Positions 42,679 through 54,057 are shown, counted from the first letter of the stretch. The stretch is 64,000 nt of DNA from Ignavibacteriaceae bacterium (GCA_013359345.1 JABWCA010000002.1:740-64739); one strand, 5' to 3'. The notes: generated by a model from the letters alone, not told the origin. Numbers and translations: made by a program.

Positions 42679-45300
42679 ATGGCATTTAACTTTAATAAAC
42701 TTACAATAAAAGCACAGGAAATGGTGCAGGAAGCTATTGAAACTGCACAGAATTATCAGAATCAGGTAATTGAACCGCTTCACATACTGGCGGCAATGAT
42801 TCATGAACGCAGTGGTATAACTGATTCAATAATCAAAAAAACAGGAGCAAACACTGACCGGCTCAGAATAAATGTGGCCGGCGCGCTTGAAAAGCTATCT
42901 AAGGTATCGGGAAGCACAGTTGGGCAGGCATCGCTCTCGTCGAACTCGGCGGTATTATTTGATAAAGCAGCCAAAGAAGCTTCGGCGCTTAAAGATGAGT
43001 TTATTTCCACGGAACATATACTGCTTTCTCTTACAACTGATAGTTCGCAGGCAGGAGAGCTTCTGCGTGAAACGGATGTCACCAAAGATTTTGTGATGAA
43101 GGCGCTTAAGGACGTCAGAGGCAGCGCAAGAGTGACTAATCAGAATGCTGAAGATACTTACCAGTCGCTTAAAAAGTTCGGACGCAACCTTAATTCTCTT
43201 GCGCGCGAAGGTAAACTGGATCCCGTGATAGGGCGTGAAGACGAAATAAGAAGGGTGATGCAGGTTCTGTCAAGAAGAACAAAAAATAACCCTGTCCTGA
43301 TTGGTGAGCCCGGGGTTGGTAAAACCGCCATAGCAGAGGGCATTGCGCAGAGAATTGTATCGGGAGATGCACCTGAAACACTTAAAACGCGTGAAATAGT
43401 GGCGCTTGATATGGGAGCGCTTATTGCGGGAACGCAGTTCAGAGGCCAGTTTGAGGAGCGCCTTAAGGCAGTGATCAAGGAGATTCAGGATTCAAACGGA
43501 CAGGTGATTCTGTTTATTGATGAGCTGCATACGCTTGTGGGAGCCGGCAAGACAGAGGGCGCAATGGATGCTGCAAACATTCTGAAACCCGCCCTTGCAA
43601 GAGGCGAACTGCACTGCATAGGTGCCACGACACTGAATGAGTATAAAAAATACATAGAAAAGGATGCTGCCCTTGAAAGAAGATTTCAGCAGGTGCTTGT
43701 TTCTGAGCCCAATGAAGAGGATTCAATCTCGATTTTAAGGGGTCTGAAGGAAAAATATGAGGTTCATCATGGTGTCAGGATAACAGACGGCGCCATAGTT
43801 TCGGCCGTGCAGCTTTCCCAGCGCTATATAACCGACAGATTTCTGCCGGATAAAGCCATAGATCTTATAGATGAAGCGGCATCAAGACTCAGAATTGAGA
43901 TTGATTCAATGCCCGAGGAGCTGGATAATTACGAAAGAAAGATAAAACAGCTTGAAATAGAGCGCGAAGCTTTGAGGCGGGAGAGTGACGAGGCAAGTAA
44001 AAAGCGTCTGACAGACCTGGAAGCAGAGCTGGCTGAGTTAAGCGAAACCAGAAATCAGATAAAACTTCAGTGGGCAGGTGAAAAAGAAAGAATTCAGCGT
44101 ATAAGAACAATAAAATCAGAGATAGAACAGTATAAATCTCAGGCTGAAATTCTTGAAAGAGAAGGTAATCTGGGCAAGGTTGCAGAGATAAGATACGGTA
44201 CACTTATAAATCTTGAACGTGAACTCAAAAAGGAAACGGAGGAGCTGAGCAGGCTCAAAAAGGAAAAACATTTCCTTAAAGAAGAAGTTGAATCGGAAGA
44301 AATAGCCGGAATTGTATCAAAATGGACAGGAATTCCCGTATCGAAAATGCTGGAATCTGAGCGCCAGAAGCTTCTCGGACTCGAAAAACAGCTTCACGGA
44401 AGGGTTGTGGGTCAGGATGAAGCGGTATCTGTTGTAGCAAACGCGATAAGAAGATCAAGAGCCGGGCTTCAGGACAGTAACCGTCCCATCGGCTCCTTTA
44501 TTTTTCTGGGAACCACAGGGGTGGGTAAAACTGAGCTTGCAAGAGCGTTGGCGCAGGCACTTTTTGACGATGATCATGCCATGGTGCGTATAGACATGTC
44601 TGAATATATGGAAAAGCATGCTGTTTCAAGGCTGATTGGCGCTCCTCCCGGCTACATCGGATATGAAGAAGGCGGTCAGTTAACCGAGGCGATAAGAAGA
44701 AGACCCTATTCTGTGATTCTTCTTGATGAGATAGAAAAGGCGCATCCGGATGTCTATAATATTCTGCTTCAGGTGCTTGATGACGGAAGGCTGACAGATA
44801 ATCAGGGGCGTACTGTAAATTTCAAAAATACGATCATAATAATGACTTCAAATCTCGGTTCACATCTTATTCAGGATAAACTCTTCACTCTTGAAAACGA
44901 TGATGCAATTGATGCAGCCATGGGTGAACTGAGGGCACAGATGAGTGAGATGCTCAGAAAAACCATCAGACCGGAGTTTTTGAACAGAATAGACGAGGTT
45001 GTTCTTTTCAAGCCGCTTAAGAGAAAAGAAATAAGAGGAATTGTTGAAATACAGCTGAATCATCTGTTTGCCATGCTCAGAGGAAGAGAAATAACCCTGA
45101 AAGTTGATGAGGAAGTTATGGACTGGCTGGGTGATCTGGGTTATGATATATCGTTTGGGGCGCGTCCCTTAAAGCGTACTATTCAGAAATATATCATTAA
45201 TCCGCTTTCACAGGAACTGATTGCAGGTAACATTTCTGACGGCGACTCAGTAAGGGTGAGTCTCACTGATTTCGGCAGGATTCAGTTCACAAAGGAATAG
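42679..45300 (+). CDS. clpB: ATP-dependent disaggregase ClpB
   Basis: Two AAA+ modules ([16 protein letters not shown]), long coiled-coil M domain, GYIGY pore loop. Confidence 0.97.
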   Translation: MAFNFNKLTIKAQEMVQEAIETAQNYQNQVIEPLHILAAMIHERSGITDSIIKKTGANTDRLRINVAGALEKLSKVSGSTVGQASLSSNSAVLFDKAAKEASALKDEFISTEHILLSLTTDSSQAGELLRETDVTKDFVMKALKDVRGSARVTNQNAEDTYQSLKKFGRNLNSLAREGKLDPVIGREDEIRRVMQVLSRRTKNNPVLIGEPGVGKTAIAEGIAQRIVSGDAPETLKTREIVALDMGALIAGTQFRGQFEERLKAVIKEIQDSNGQVILFIDELHTLVGAGKTEGAMDAANILKPALARGELHCIGATTLNEYKKYIEKDAALERRFQQVLVSEPNEEDSISILRGLKEKYEVHHGVRITDGAIVSAVQLSQRYITDRFLPDKAIDLIDEAASRLRIEIDSMPEELDNYERKIKQLEIEREALRRESDEASKKRLTDLEAELAELSETRNQIKLQWAGEKERIQRIRTIKSEIEQYKSQAEILEREGNLGKVAEIRYGTLINLERELKKETEELSRLKKEKHFLKEEVESEEIAGIVSKWTGIPVSKMLESERQKLLGLEKQLHGRVVGQDEAVSVVANAIRRSRAGLQDSNRPIGSFIFLGTTGVGKTELARALAQALFDDDHAMVRIDMSEYMEKHAVSRLIGAPPGYIGYEEGGQLTEAIRRRPYSVILLDEIEKAHPDVYNILLQVLDDGRLTDNQGRTVNFKNTIIIMTSNLGSHLIQDKLFTLENDDAIDAAMGELRAQMSEMLRKTIRPEFLNRIDEVVLFKPLKRKEIRGIVEIQLNHLFAMLRGREITLKVDEEVMDWLGDLGYDISFGARPLKRTIQKYIINPLSQELIAGNISDGDSVRVSLTDFGRIQFTKE

Positions 45301-45401
45301 TACATTTAATCAGTAATTAATGCCGTTTGTAACATTAAAAAGACTTTAACAGACGGCATAGCTATCTTTGTACCAGATAATTATTAATTCAGAGGTGCAA
45401 A

Positions 45402-46319
45402 ATGAAAACGGTAAGGAACTCATTAACAATTCGTCTTTCAGCTTTGATTCTTCCAATGCTGTTATTTGTTGCCTGTTCAACAAATACGGTGGCAGATGAT
45501 GTAAAAGTTATTGCAAAAGGCGAGTATACCGTTTCCGCAGGCGGCAATCTTAAGGTAAGCGCCCCGAGCGGTAATGTGACCATTAATTCATGGAATCAGA
45601 ACAAGGTTGAAGTGAAAGTATACGGCAATGAAGTTGCTGAAAAGTATATTGATACACGCCTGGTTCAGGATGGAAATGATATAACGGTAAAGCTTGAATG
45701 GAAAGGCGGAAACAATTACGGCAGAAATCTTGAAATAAGTGTTTCAGTTAACGTGCCGGAAAAGTATAACACCAAAGTGAATACTGCCGGCGGAAATCTG
45801 AGCCTCACAAATATCAGCGGAGACCATAGCCTGACCACCGCGGGCGGAAATATTTCACTTTCCGGAATGAGCGGAACAATGAACTCAACCACCGCAGGAG
45901 GAAATATTTCTGTAAGCAAATTTACAGGTGAACTGAAGGCAACCACCGCGGGCGGAAACATTTCCCTCTCCGGTGTAAAAGGTGATACAAAAGTATCAAC
46001 CGCAGGCGGCAATATGGACATTGAAGTTGCTGACGGTGAAGTTGAAGCAGCAACCGCAGGCGGAGAAGTTACAATGCGCTATTCAGGAACGGTAAAAGGA
46101 ATTGATATTGCCACCATGGGCGGTGATATTGATCTTTATCTCCCTTCGGACGCAAAAGTAACCCTTAAATGCGCGACAATGTCGGGCGAAGTTAATACTG
46201 CATTCTCAGGAGATTTCAAAAAGACCGAGACAAGCCTGAAAGGTGATATTAACGGCGGCGGAGCAAAAGTTGAATGCTCAACCATGGGCGGAGATATCAG
46301 GATTAAAAAAGGATCATAA
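45402..46319 (+). CDS. DUF4097-like beta-solenoid protein, probable lipoprotein
   Basis: LFVAC lipobox-like signal; about 20-aa periodic T-[AM]-G-G-[NDE] repeats. Confidence 0.8.
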   Translation: MKTVRNSLTIRLSALILPMLLFVACSTNTVADDVKVIAKGEYTVSAGGNLKVSAPSGNVTINSWNQNKVEVKVYGNEVAEKYIDTRLVQDGNDITVKLEWKGGNNYGRNLEISVSVNVPEKYNTKVNTAGGNLSLTNISGDHSLTTAGGNISLSGMSGTMNSTTAGGNISVSKFTGELKATTAGGNISLSGVKGDTKVSTAGGNMDIEVADGEVEAATAGGEVTMRYSGTVKGIDIATMGGDIDLYLPSDAKVTLKCATMSGEVNTAFSGDFKKTETSLKGDINGGGAKVECSTMGGDIRIKKGS

Positions 46320-46333
46320 GTTACACACTCCGG

Positions 46334-46365
46334 AAAAAGGGAGACAAGTTGTCTCCCTTTTTTTT
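46334..46365 (+). terminator. Intrinsic terminator
   Basis: AAAAAGGGAGACA-AGT-TGTCTCCCTTTTTTTT. Confidence 0.85.
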
Positions 46366-46895
46366 GTCCACGCCCTGATTTAAGCACCTCTGCAGAACTA
46401 CCATCCAATCAGAATTTTCTGACCCCCGGTATCCGGTATCAAAGAAAAAAAAGATAAATGCATTTTATAACAACAAAAGTGTTAATGACCTTTCAATATG
46501 TTAACGATAACAAAAGGCATTTGCCGAAGCGGGTGTTTACAAAGGTTTGTTATGACGGCAGCAAAACGTGCTGTTATAAGGTATAAAATTACATATTGCC
46601 ATTCGGGGGAAGCTTCCACCGAATAGTTAACCAACGTTAAAATGCGCATTTTGAGGATAATGTAAAATTTTTTGCAGTCAGCTGAAGCAATCGGCAGGAA
46701 TATACGGCCTTAAAATTAAATCAGGTCTTGTGATCACACAACAGGGTTGTTCAGAAGTTCACAGTGATTTGCCACAGCGAATTCAGAAGCCACCCGCTTA
46801 GAGAGCAGTAAACATCAGCAATCCTGCGAGCAGTATCTTTCAGTTGCTGCATCCTGAATCAACAATCTCGTTTATCCTCATTTTCCAGTTTAATA

Positions 46896-47050
46896 CTGCT
46901 TAAAGAAGCACCACGCACTCCTGCACAAAGAACGTTTTACCCGTCTGAGCTGCTTAACTAAGTACACAGCACGCCAGCACGAAGAACGTAGTACCCGTCT
47001 GAGCTGCTTAACTAAGTACGCAGCACACCTGCACGAAGAACGGTTTACCC
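46896..47050. repeat. 54-bp tandem repeat, about 2.9 copies
   Basis: Units 46920-46973 and 46974-47027, partial 47028-47050, degenerate partial 46896-46919; invariant core TACCCGTCTGAGCTGCTTAACTAAGTAC. Confidence 0.9.
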
Positions 47051-47089
47051 TGTGCTTCACGATAACTTTTTACACAGAATCAGCAGATA

Positions 47090-48475
47090 CTATTTCAGCA
47101 GAATCATCTTCTTGGTATCGGTGAAAGTTCCTGCCTGAATCTGATAATAGTACACACCGGAAGGCAGGTGAGATGCATTGATTTCAATTTCATTTTCACC
47201 CGGTTGTTTTTCTTCATTCACAACCGACATGACAAGTTTTCCCGCAGCATCAAAAATCTTAAGTTCAACATAAAGCAGACCGGGCCCGGCTTTGAGGCTT
47301 TTTAACTCCGGCACGGTGAACCGTATCTTTGTAACAGGATTAAAAGGATTGGGATAGTTCTGCGATAATTCAAAATCTGAGGGAGCGGCAGGATTTTCTT
47401 TCACTCCGGTGGAAAGCTGACCTGTGTATTTATAGATGGTCTGTCCCGAGGCAAACCCTGAAAGCTCATTGATAAAGAAAAACCTGTTAATCCTGACCCC
47501 GAAATTAGCGGGTTCCCAGGTGTCGCCGCCATTGGTGGACATCAGTGTGGTCTGAATGCTGTTGCCCCCTATCCATCCGAGAGTATCATTAACAAATCCG
47601 ATCCCCTGCGAATAGTAGTTGGTCGGGTAGAACTGCTTTTCGAAAAATGAGGTACCCCCGTCAGTTGTCTTAATAAAATTGCAGGGAGATCCCTGATTTC
47701 TCTGCAGGGAGATGTAACCGGTGTTTCTTGAGGGAAATGAAATTTTCCAGCACCATTCACCTGCACGGGATGACGAGTATTTTGTGCTCCAGTTTTCACC
47801 GCCATCAGTAGTATACAACACCACTCCTCTTGACTGTGCGTGCTCAGAGTTTGTTAAACCAACCGCAATCCCGGTATCAGGGCTGAAAAAATGAACATCA
47901 ACAAGTCCTGCGGCCAGAGATGACATATCTTTTGATGTCCAAGATAAACCGCCATCGGTGCTCTTCATAAAGACGCTCGGGCCTCTCACCCTGCCTACCG
48001 CAAATACGAGATTGCTGTCAAGGGCATGCATTCCGCAGACACCCCTGCCAAGCGGACCGCTGATATTTGTAACCGGTCTCCATGTTGTACCGCCGTCAGA
48101 GGTTCTGTATATCAAGGTAGGATCTGTAATGGAAGCTCCGCCGTATTCATCGGGTCCCAGATTACCAAGAAATCCGATACGCTCATTACCAAAAGCCACG
48201 CTTCTGAAAAAGGTTGAATCACTGTAGAACATACGCGTCCAGGTAACCCCGGCATTGGTTGTTCTGTGAGCCTCACGCGCTCCCGAAGCGGTAAAACCCA
48301 GCTGAGGAGTAACAAAAACGAGATCATTTTTCCTTGAACCGAAAGGGGCGTTAGGAACATCGCTCCACGAGGGGATGATCTGTGAATAAATTAAACAGGT
48401 GCTTAAGAAAAAAAGAGCTGTAAAAAGAGAAATTCTCATTATAAATCCATTATAAAAATTAATCGGTGTAAACAT
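47090..48475 (-). CDS. YCF48-like/BNR-repeat secreted protein with T9SS C-terminal sorting domain
   Basis: T-x-D/N-G-G-x-x-W repeats; LSQNYPNPFNP...SGVYYY...KKMILLK; start may be the second Met (MRISL). Confidence 0.85.
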   Translation of the reverse strand: MFTPINFYNGFIMRISLFTALFFLSTCLIYSQIIPSWSDVPNAPFGSRKNDLVFVTPQLGFTASGAREAHRTTNAGVTWTRMFYSDSTFFRSVAFGNERIGFLGNLGPDEYGGASITDPTLIYRTSDGGTTWRPVTNISGPLGRGVCGMHALDSNLVFAVGRVRGPSVFMKSTDGGLSWTSKDMSSLAAGLVDVHFFSPDTGIAVGLTNSEHAQSRGVVLYTTDGGENWSTKYSSSRAGEWCWKISFPSRNTGYISLQRNQGSPCNFIKTTDGGTSFFEKQFYPTNYYSQGIGFVNDTLGWIGGNSIQTTLMSTNGGDTWEPANFGVRINRFFFINELSGFASGQTIYKYTGQLSTGVKENPAAPSDFELSQNYPNPFNPVTKIRFTVPELKSLKAGPGLLYVELKIFDAAGKLVMSVVNEEKQPGENEIEINASHLPSGVYYYQIQAGTFTDTKKMILLK

Positions 48476-48759
48476 AAAATAGGAATAAATATGATCAATG
48501 GCTATATCCCGGATTTAATCTGAGAAGAGTTATAAGTAAGCCTGAGGGAACAGAGCTGAAGAATCGGGTTGAAGACGTTAATAAGATGTGATAAAAGTCG
48601 GTAAAAGCGCAAAAAGAGCTCAAAAAATGCGCAATAAGTTCAGAGTCTGTCAATTTTTGATTAAATTAATTCTGTCTGATAAAAATTTGCTTTATTACAG
48701 CCACGGCATCAGAAAATTAACAGAATGCACAATCACGGTAACAGAAAACCTGGTGAAAA

Positions 48760-49224
48760 TTGACTGAAAAAAAACAGCTCCTTTTATTCCGGAACGAAGG
48801 AAAACTGCTTGCCACGGATATCGAAAATGTTATTCGAGTACTGAAGGCGGTTTTCATAACCCCTCTTCCTGATGCACCGCAGCATTTACGGGGAATCATC
48901 AGATACGGGGAGGAGGTTTTGCCGGTCATAGATGTATCTGTTAAACTGGGCGGGGCGAAAAAGAAAGTTGATTTATCAGACAATATAATACTGATTAAGA
49001 ACAGCAGAGGAAAGTTTGCACTGCTGGTTGATGAAGTTGAAGGTATCACGACCGCCGGAGAGCTTACAGGTGATGAAAAGACCTTCTCTAAAGGTGACCT
49101 GATAAAGGGTGTGGCGGTTTCGGGTGAGGAGTTAGTGTTCCTTGGTGATTCAGAAAAGTTCTTCATTGAAAGCGACCGTGTTCTGGTTGATGAGGCAGCA
49201 GAAAAAGTGACGGTAAGGTTGTAA
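48760..49224 (+). CDS. cheW: CheW-like adaptor 1
   Basis: TPLPDAP...GIIRYGEEVLPVID...ALLVDEV. Confidence 0.85.
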   Translation: MTEKKQLLLFRNEGKLLATDIENVIRVLKAVFITPLPDAPQHLRGIIRYGEEVLPVIDVSVKLGGAKKKVDLSDNIILIKNSRGKFALLVDEVEGITTAGELTGDEKTFSKGDLIKGVAVSGEELVFLGDSEKFFIESDRVLVDEAAEKVTVRL

Positions 49225-49842
49225 ATGGGAGACAAAGGAACTGATATCACAAAAAACCTGCAGAGTAAAATCAAGCGACTTAAAGAGGAACTGAAATATA
49301 TTACTCTTTCAGGCAGGGAATATTCTGATTCAGAAACGGAAAGCATACTCAGGAAACGTGCCGCGGAGCTGTATGAATCGGGTTTTGAAAATACTGAATC
49401 TGAAAACGGAACTGAGGCAATAGTATTTAAGACCGGTAACGAAACCTACGCGGTTGATACAAACTATCTTTCGGAAGTGTTTCCTTTCAGAGAGATAACC
49501 AAGATTCCTTGCACGCCTGCATATATTCTGGGAGTGGTTAATTACCGTGGCAAAATAATATCGGTTACTGACCTGAAAAAGCTGTTTGACATTCAGGGTG
49601 ACTTTCTGAATGAAAAAAACAGGATTCTGATCCTGAAAAAGGATAAGATGGAGCTGGGTGTTTTTGCAGACGAAGTTATCGGGATGATTTTAATTGATGA
49701 AGATAAGCTGCAGAGGTCTCTTTCGTCTCTGAAAGGAATCAGGGAGCGGTATCTCAAAGGCATAACCCCTGAAAGAATTGTTTATCTTGATGCAGGCAAA
49801 CTGCTGGGGGATCCAAAACTGATTGTGAACGAAACCATTTAA
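49225..49842 (+). CDS. cheW: CheW-like adaptor 2 with N-terminal extension
   Basis: ILRKRAAEL extension; TKIPCTPAYILGVVNYRGKIISVTDL. Confidence 0.9.
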   Translation: MGDKGTDITKNLQSKIKRLKEELKYITLSGREYSDSETESILRKRAAELYESGFENTESENGTEAIVFKTGNETYAVDTNYLSEVFPFREITKIPCTPAYILGVVNYRGKIISVTDLKKLFDIQGDFLNEKNRILILKKDKMELGVFADEVIGMILIDEDKLQRSLSSLKGIRERYLKGITPERIVYLDAGKLLGDPKLIVNETI

Positions 49843-49863
49843 TAAAGCAATAGATGCGGAGAA

Positions 49864-51618
49864 ATGATGAAATTCTTTAATAATCTGAGCACAAAAATAA
49901 AACTGTTTGTCAGCTTCGGAGTTATCATAGTGATTTTTATATCACTGGAGCTTAACAAGACATTTCAGACCGATGTTATCTGGGAAAAACAGCAGAAGAT
50001 CTCTGAACAGTACTTTGAAGAAGTGATAAAGATCTCCAGCATAAAAACCAATCTTGATAAAATTAAAACCTCCGGTCTTGAACTTGTTCTTTCATCTGAG
50101 ATGGATGCAAATGTGAAAGTTGCTGAAATACAGAATATTGCGCTGCTTCTTGAATTTGAGAGTCAGAACCTGCTGCAGACCATCAGCCCTTCTTCCGCAT
50201 ATTCGGATGAGGTAAGAGCCCTGCTGAGTGAAATTAAAATTTATGCAGATCAGTTTAACCTTGAAATCATCCCCCTGGTTAAATCGGGTAAAAGCGCAGA
50301 CGCAATAAGGCTGGAGCAGAAATACCGCAATGAAACAAACACAAAACTCAGCAAGCTTGTTGACACGATAATAAATTCAATAAAAAATGAAACCGGCACA
50401 AACCTCACGCAGAGCAGAATAGATCTTGACAGAACCGAGTTCATTTCACTTATTCTGATGCTGGTTTCAATACTTCTCAGCATTTATCTTGTGATCTTCT
50501 TAAACAGCTCAATATCCGCACCGCTGAAAAAAATTGCTTACGATTCAGACAAGCTTGCACAGGGTGATCTGGATGTGAGCCTTGAATCAGAAAAGAGAGC
50601 TGATGAAATAGGCACGCTCACCGAAAGTTTTGGCAAAATGATCAGTTCGCTTCAGGATGTGGCTTCCTTTGCCGGAAGAATTGCCAAAGGTGATCTTACG
50701 GCAAAGCTGGATTCAAGATCAGAGAGAGATATTCTTGCCAATTCACTCAACATGATGGCAGAAAATCTGAAAAATATCACAAAAGAACTTCTGCAGGCAG
50801 TGAGCGTTGTTTCATCTTCATCTTCAGAAATTCTGGCGGGCACATCTCAGCTTTCGGCAACCGCAACAGAAACAGCCACTGCTGTGAGTGAAACCACGGC
50901 AACAGTTGAAGAAGTGAAACAAACCTCATTTGTAACGCGCAACAAGGCGAAATTTGTAGCAGAAATCTCACAGAAAGCGGTTGAAGTTTCGATCTCGGGA
51001 AAAGATTCAACCCAGGCAACAATTGAAGGAATTCATAAGATCGGCACTCAGATGGAGATGATAGCAGAGAGCATTATCAAGCTGAGTGAACAGAGCCGAG
51101 CCATCGCTGAAATAATATCTGTCGTTAAGGATATCGCCGAGCAGACCAACCTTCTTGCGGTTAATGCTTCAATTGAAGCCGCAAGAGCAGGAGAACAAGG
51201 AAAAGGCTTTGTTGTGGTTGCTCAGGAAATCAAGAGTCTTGCCGATCAGTCGAAACTGGCCACTACTCAGGTAAGAACAATTCTTAATGAAATCCAGAAC
51301 GCCATCTCGGCAACAGTAATGGCAACAGAGCAGGGCAGCAAGACCGTTGAAGCAGGAATAAAGCAATCAACCATTGCGGGTGATTCAATAAGAACCCTCA
51401 CAGATACAATTGAAGAAGCCGCACAGGCAGCATTTCAGATTGAGGCATCAAGCCAGCAGCAGTTTCTCGGTATGGATCAGGTGGTTGCAGCCATGGAAAA
51501 TATTAAAGTTGCAAGCTCACAGAATGCATCAACCACACATCAGCTTGAAGGCTCGGTGCAGAATCTGAAATCGCTTGGTGAAAATCTCAGAAAACTTACG
51601 GATCAATTCAAAGTTTAG
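49864..51618 (+). CDS. Methyl-accepting chemotaxis protein (2 TM, periplasmic helical sensor, tandem HAMP-like segments)
   Basis: IAEQTNLLAVNASIEAARAGEQGKGFVVVAQEIKSLA hairpin tip. Confidence 0.95.
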   Translation: MMKFFNNLSTKIKLFVSFGVIIVIFISLELNKTFQTDVIWEKQQKISEQYFEEVIKISSIKTNLDKIKTSGLELVLSSEMDANVKVAEIQNIALLLEFESQNLLQTISPSSAYSDEVRALLSEIKIYADQFNLEIIPLVKSGKSADAIRLEQKYRNETNTKLSKLVDTIINSIKNETGTNLTQSRIDLDRTEFISLILMLVSILLSIYLVIFLNSSISAPLKKIAYDSDKLAQGDLDVSLESEKRADEIGTLTESFGKMISSLQDVASFAGRIAKGDLTAKLDSRSERDILANSLNMMAENLKNITKELLQAVSVVSSSSSEILAGTSQLSATATETATAVSETTATVEEVKQTSFVTRNKAKFVAEISQKAVEVSISGKDSTQATIEGIHKIGTQMEMIAESIIKLSEQSRAIAEIISVVKDIAEQTNLLAVNASIEAARAGEQGKGFVVVAQEIKSLADQSKLATTQVRTILNEIQNAISATVMATEQGSKTVEAGIKQSTIAGDSIRTLTDTIEEAAQAAFQIEASSQQQFLGMDQVVAAMENIKVASSQNASTTHQLEGSVQNLKSLGENLRKLTDQFKV

Positions 51619-51627
51619 GTCTGAATA

Positions 51628-54057
51628 ATGAGCCCCCAGAATGAAGAATTTCTGAAAAGACTTCGTGCAACGTTCAGGATTGAGGCAAGAGAACATCTTG
51701 AAACAATCTCGGCCAGTCTCCTCGGGCTTGACAGCCTTGCCCCGCAGGAGATCACCGGAACGGTTGAGCTCATTTTCAGGGAGGCTCACAGCCTCAAGGG
51801 GGCAGCGCGCGCCGTAAATGAAAATGAAATAGAGCTGGTCTGCCAGTATATTGAAAGCATCTTCTCACTCCTTAAAAAATCGGAAATCTCTTACTCGCCT
51901 TATATTAAGGATATGCTTATATCTGCCGTTGATCTGATGACCATTTATATGAATCTGACCGAACCGGAAGATCAGAAGGCGCACGGTAAAGATCTGAAAA
52001 ATCTGGCCGAACAATTAAAGAGCTTTGCTGAAGGCGGTCATCAAGTGGCCGGGGTCCACGCTCATAAGGAGATTCCTTCCCACAGGCCTGTTGAAATGAC
52101 AGGTGAAAAAACTCCTCCCGTTAAAAGGGAGCTGAAAAAAGTGGTGATTGGTTCTGCAAGGGTACCGGCAGCTAAAACTCAGCCCGTATCAGCAGAAAAA
52201 CCCGCAGAACCCCGCCCCGCTCCGGCTGAAACCATTCTGCCCGCAGAGAAACCGGCCACCGCAACAGAAAGGGAGAGCGTAAGGGAGACGCTGAGAATTG
52301 CCTCTGAGAAAATTGACACCCTGCTGCTTAAGACTGAAGAGCTGCTCAACATTAAGCTGATGATCGGCGAGTATGAGAAACAGCTTAATGATTCCCTCTT
52401 TTATTTTCAGCCCTGGAAAAAAGAATGGGAAAAAATACAGACAGAACTCAGATATCTGAAAAACAGAATCAGTCTTAATGACGGAATGGATTACAGAGAC
52501 AAAAAAGCAATCACAGAAATTCTCAATTATATTGACTGGAACCATTCGCTCGTCTTCGTTGTAGATTCAAAACTCTCAAAATCTGCCAAAGACCTCGCCA
52601 GAACCAGGCACTCCGTCTCACAGATGATAGATTCAACGCTTACCGATGTAAAAGATATTATGATGATGCCTGCCTCGTCAATGCTCAGCATACTTCCAAA
52701 AATGGTTTATGACATTTCAAGAGAACTCGGTAAAGTGGTGGATCTTGACATAAAAGGGGGCGATATTGAAATTGACAGGAGAATTCTTGATGAACTTAAG
52801 GATCCTCTCATACACCTTGTGAGAAATGCGGCTGACCACGGACTTGAAAAACCCGAAATAAGATTAAGAAGAAAAAAAAGCGGAGCGGGAAAACTTAGGG
52901 TGATTCTTTCCAACATTGACAGCAGCAAGTTTGAGATTCTCGTTGAAGATGACGGTAACGGAATTGATGTTGAAAGGGTAAAGGAGAAGGCGGTTAAAAA
53001 CGGTCTTATAACCCAGAAAGAAGCCTTTGAAATGTCGCTCACAGATGCATACGCCCTGATTTTTAAATCTGATATTTCAACCAGTCCCGTAATCACCGAT
53101 CTTTCAGGCAGGGGGCTGGGCATGTCGATAGTTCTTGAAAAAGTTGAAAAGCTCGGCGGAAACATAATCACAGAATCAGAACCGGAGAAATTCACAAGAT
53201 TCAGGCTGATTCTGCCGCTTTCGGTGGCAACTCTTAGAGGAGTTCTTGTAAAAACCGGAGAGGATCATTATGTTATTCCCTCATCGGGGGTTGAAAAAGT
53301 GCTGAGAGTGAAAAACAATGAGATAAAGTCGGTTGAAAACAAGGAAACGGTTTTTTACTCAGGTAAAACCATACCCCTTGCCCCGTTAAGGGGACTGCTT
53401 GAGCTGCCCGATACCCACAGAAAGGAAGAGCCGGTGCATACAAATGTGATGGTTCTGTTCAACTCTGAGAATATGGTGGGAGTTTCTTTTGATGAGCTTG
53501 TGGATGAAGCCGAGTTCCTGATAAAGCCCTTTAACCGTCAGCTCCAGAGAATCAGGAATGTTTCTGCGGCAACGGTTTTGGGTTCAGGCCAGATAGTGCC
53601 CGTGCTGAATATATCAGATCTTATAAAGTCATCTCTTGAATTTGCGGGAGAATTAAGAGTGCGGAGCAAAGCGGCAGAACAGCCAAGCCGTGAGGAACAC
53701 AATATCCTTGTGGTTGATGACTCAATAACCTCACGAATGCTGCTTAAAGATATTCTGGAATCGGCTGGGTATAATGTTAAAGTCGCCATTGACGGGGTTG
53801 AAGCCCTCACTGCTCTCCGGTCTGATAAGTATCATGCCGTGGTCACTGATATTGAAATGCCGAGAATGAACGGGTTTGAGCTGACCTATCAGATAAGAAA
53901 AGAAGAAAAACTTAAAAACACACCTGTTGTACTGGTTACGGCTCTCTCTTCTCCCGAAGACAGGGAGAGGGGTATTGAAGCCGGCGCCGATGCATATATA
54001 GTTAAAAGCAGTTTTGACCAGAGCAATCTGCTTGATATTGTTGAAAGACTGATATAG
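51628..54057 (+). CDS. cheA: Hybrid CheA kinase with C-terminal receiver domain (WspE-like)
   Basis: Hpt FREAHSLKG, HLVRNAADHG, SGRGLGM, CheW domain, REC VVDDS...TDIEMP. Confidence 0.95.
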   Translation: MSPQNEEFLKRLRATFRIEAREHLETISASLLGLDSLAPQEITGTVELIFREAHSLKGAARAVNENEIELVCQYIESIFSLLKKSEISYSPYIKDMLISAVDLMTIYMNLTEPEDQKAHGKDLKNLAEQLKSFAEGGHQVAGVHAHKEIPSHRPVEMTGEKTPPVKRELKKVVIGSARVPAAKTQPVSAEKPAEPRPAPAETILPAEKPATATERESVRETLRIASEKIDTLLLKTEELLNIKLMIGEYEKQLNDSLFYFQPWKKEWEKIQTELRYLKNRISLNDGMDYRDKKAITEILNYIDWNHSLVFVVDSKLSKSAKDLARTRHSVSQMIDSTLTDVKDIMMMPASSMLSILPKMVYDISRELGKVVDLDIKGGDIEIDRRILDELKDPLIHLVRNAADHGLEKPEIRLRRKKSGAGKLRVILSNIDSSKFEILVEDDGNGIDVERVKEKAVKNGLITQKEAFEMSLTDAYALIFKSDISTSPVITDLSGRGLGMSIVLEKVEKLGGNIITESEPEKFTRFRLILPLSVATLRGVLVKTGEDHYVIPSSGVEKVLRVKNNEIKSVENKETVFYSGKTIPLAPLRGLLELPDTHRKEEPVHTNVMVLFNSENMVGVSFDELVDEAEFLIKPFNRQLQRIRNVSAATVLGSGQIVPVLNISDLIKSSLEFAGELRVRSKAAEQPSREEHNILVVDDSITSRMLLKDILESAGYNVKVAIDGVEALTALRSDKYHAVVTDIEMPRMNGFELTYQIRKEEKLKNTPVVLVTALSSPEDRERGIEAGADAYIVKSSFDQSNLLDIVERLI

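Noticed and set aside
45320..45359. Inverted repeat after clpB (ATGCCGTTTGT...ACAGACGGCAT)
   Set aside because: It has an 18-nt loop and no U-tract, so I cannot call it a terminator or an operator.
45780..46300. Recurring ACCGC(A/G)GGCGG DNA repeats at about 60-bp period
   Set aside because: Explained by the TAGG protein repeats of the DUF4097-like solenoid.
46896..47050. Possible mini-CRISPR array
   Set aside because: The segments between the invariant cores are near-identical rather than unique spacers, and there are no cas genes in the window.
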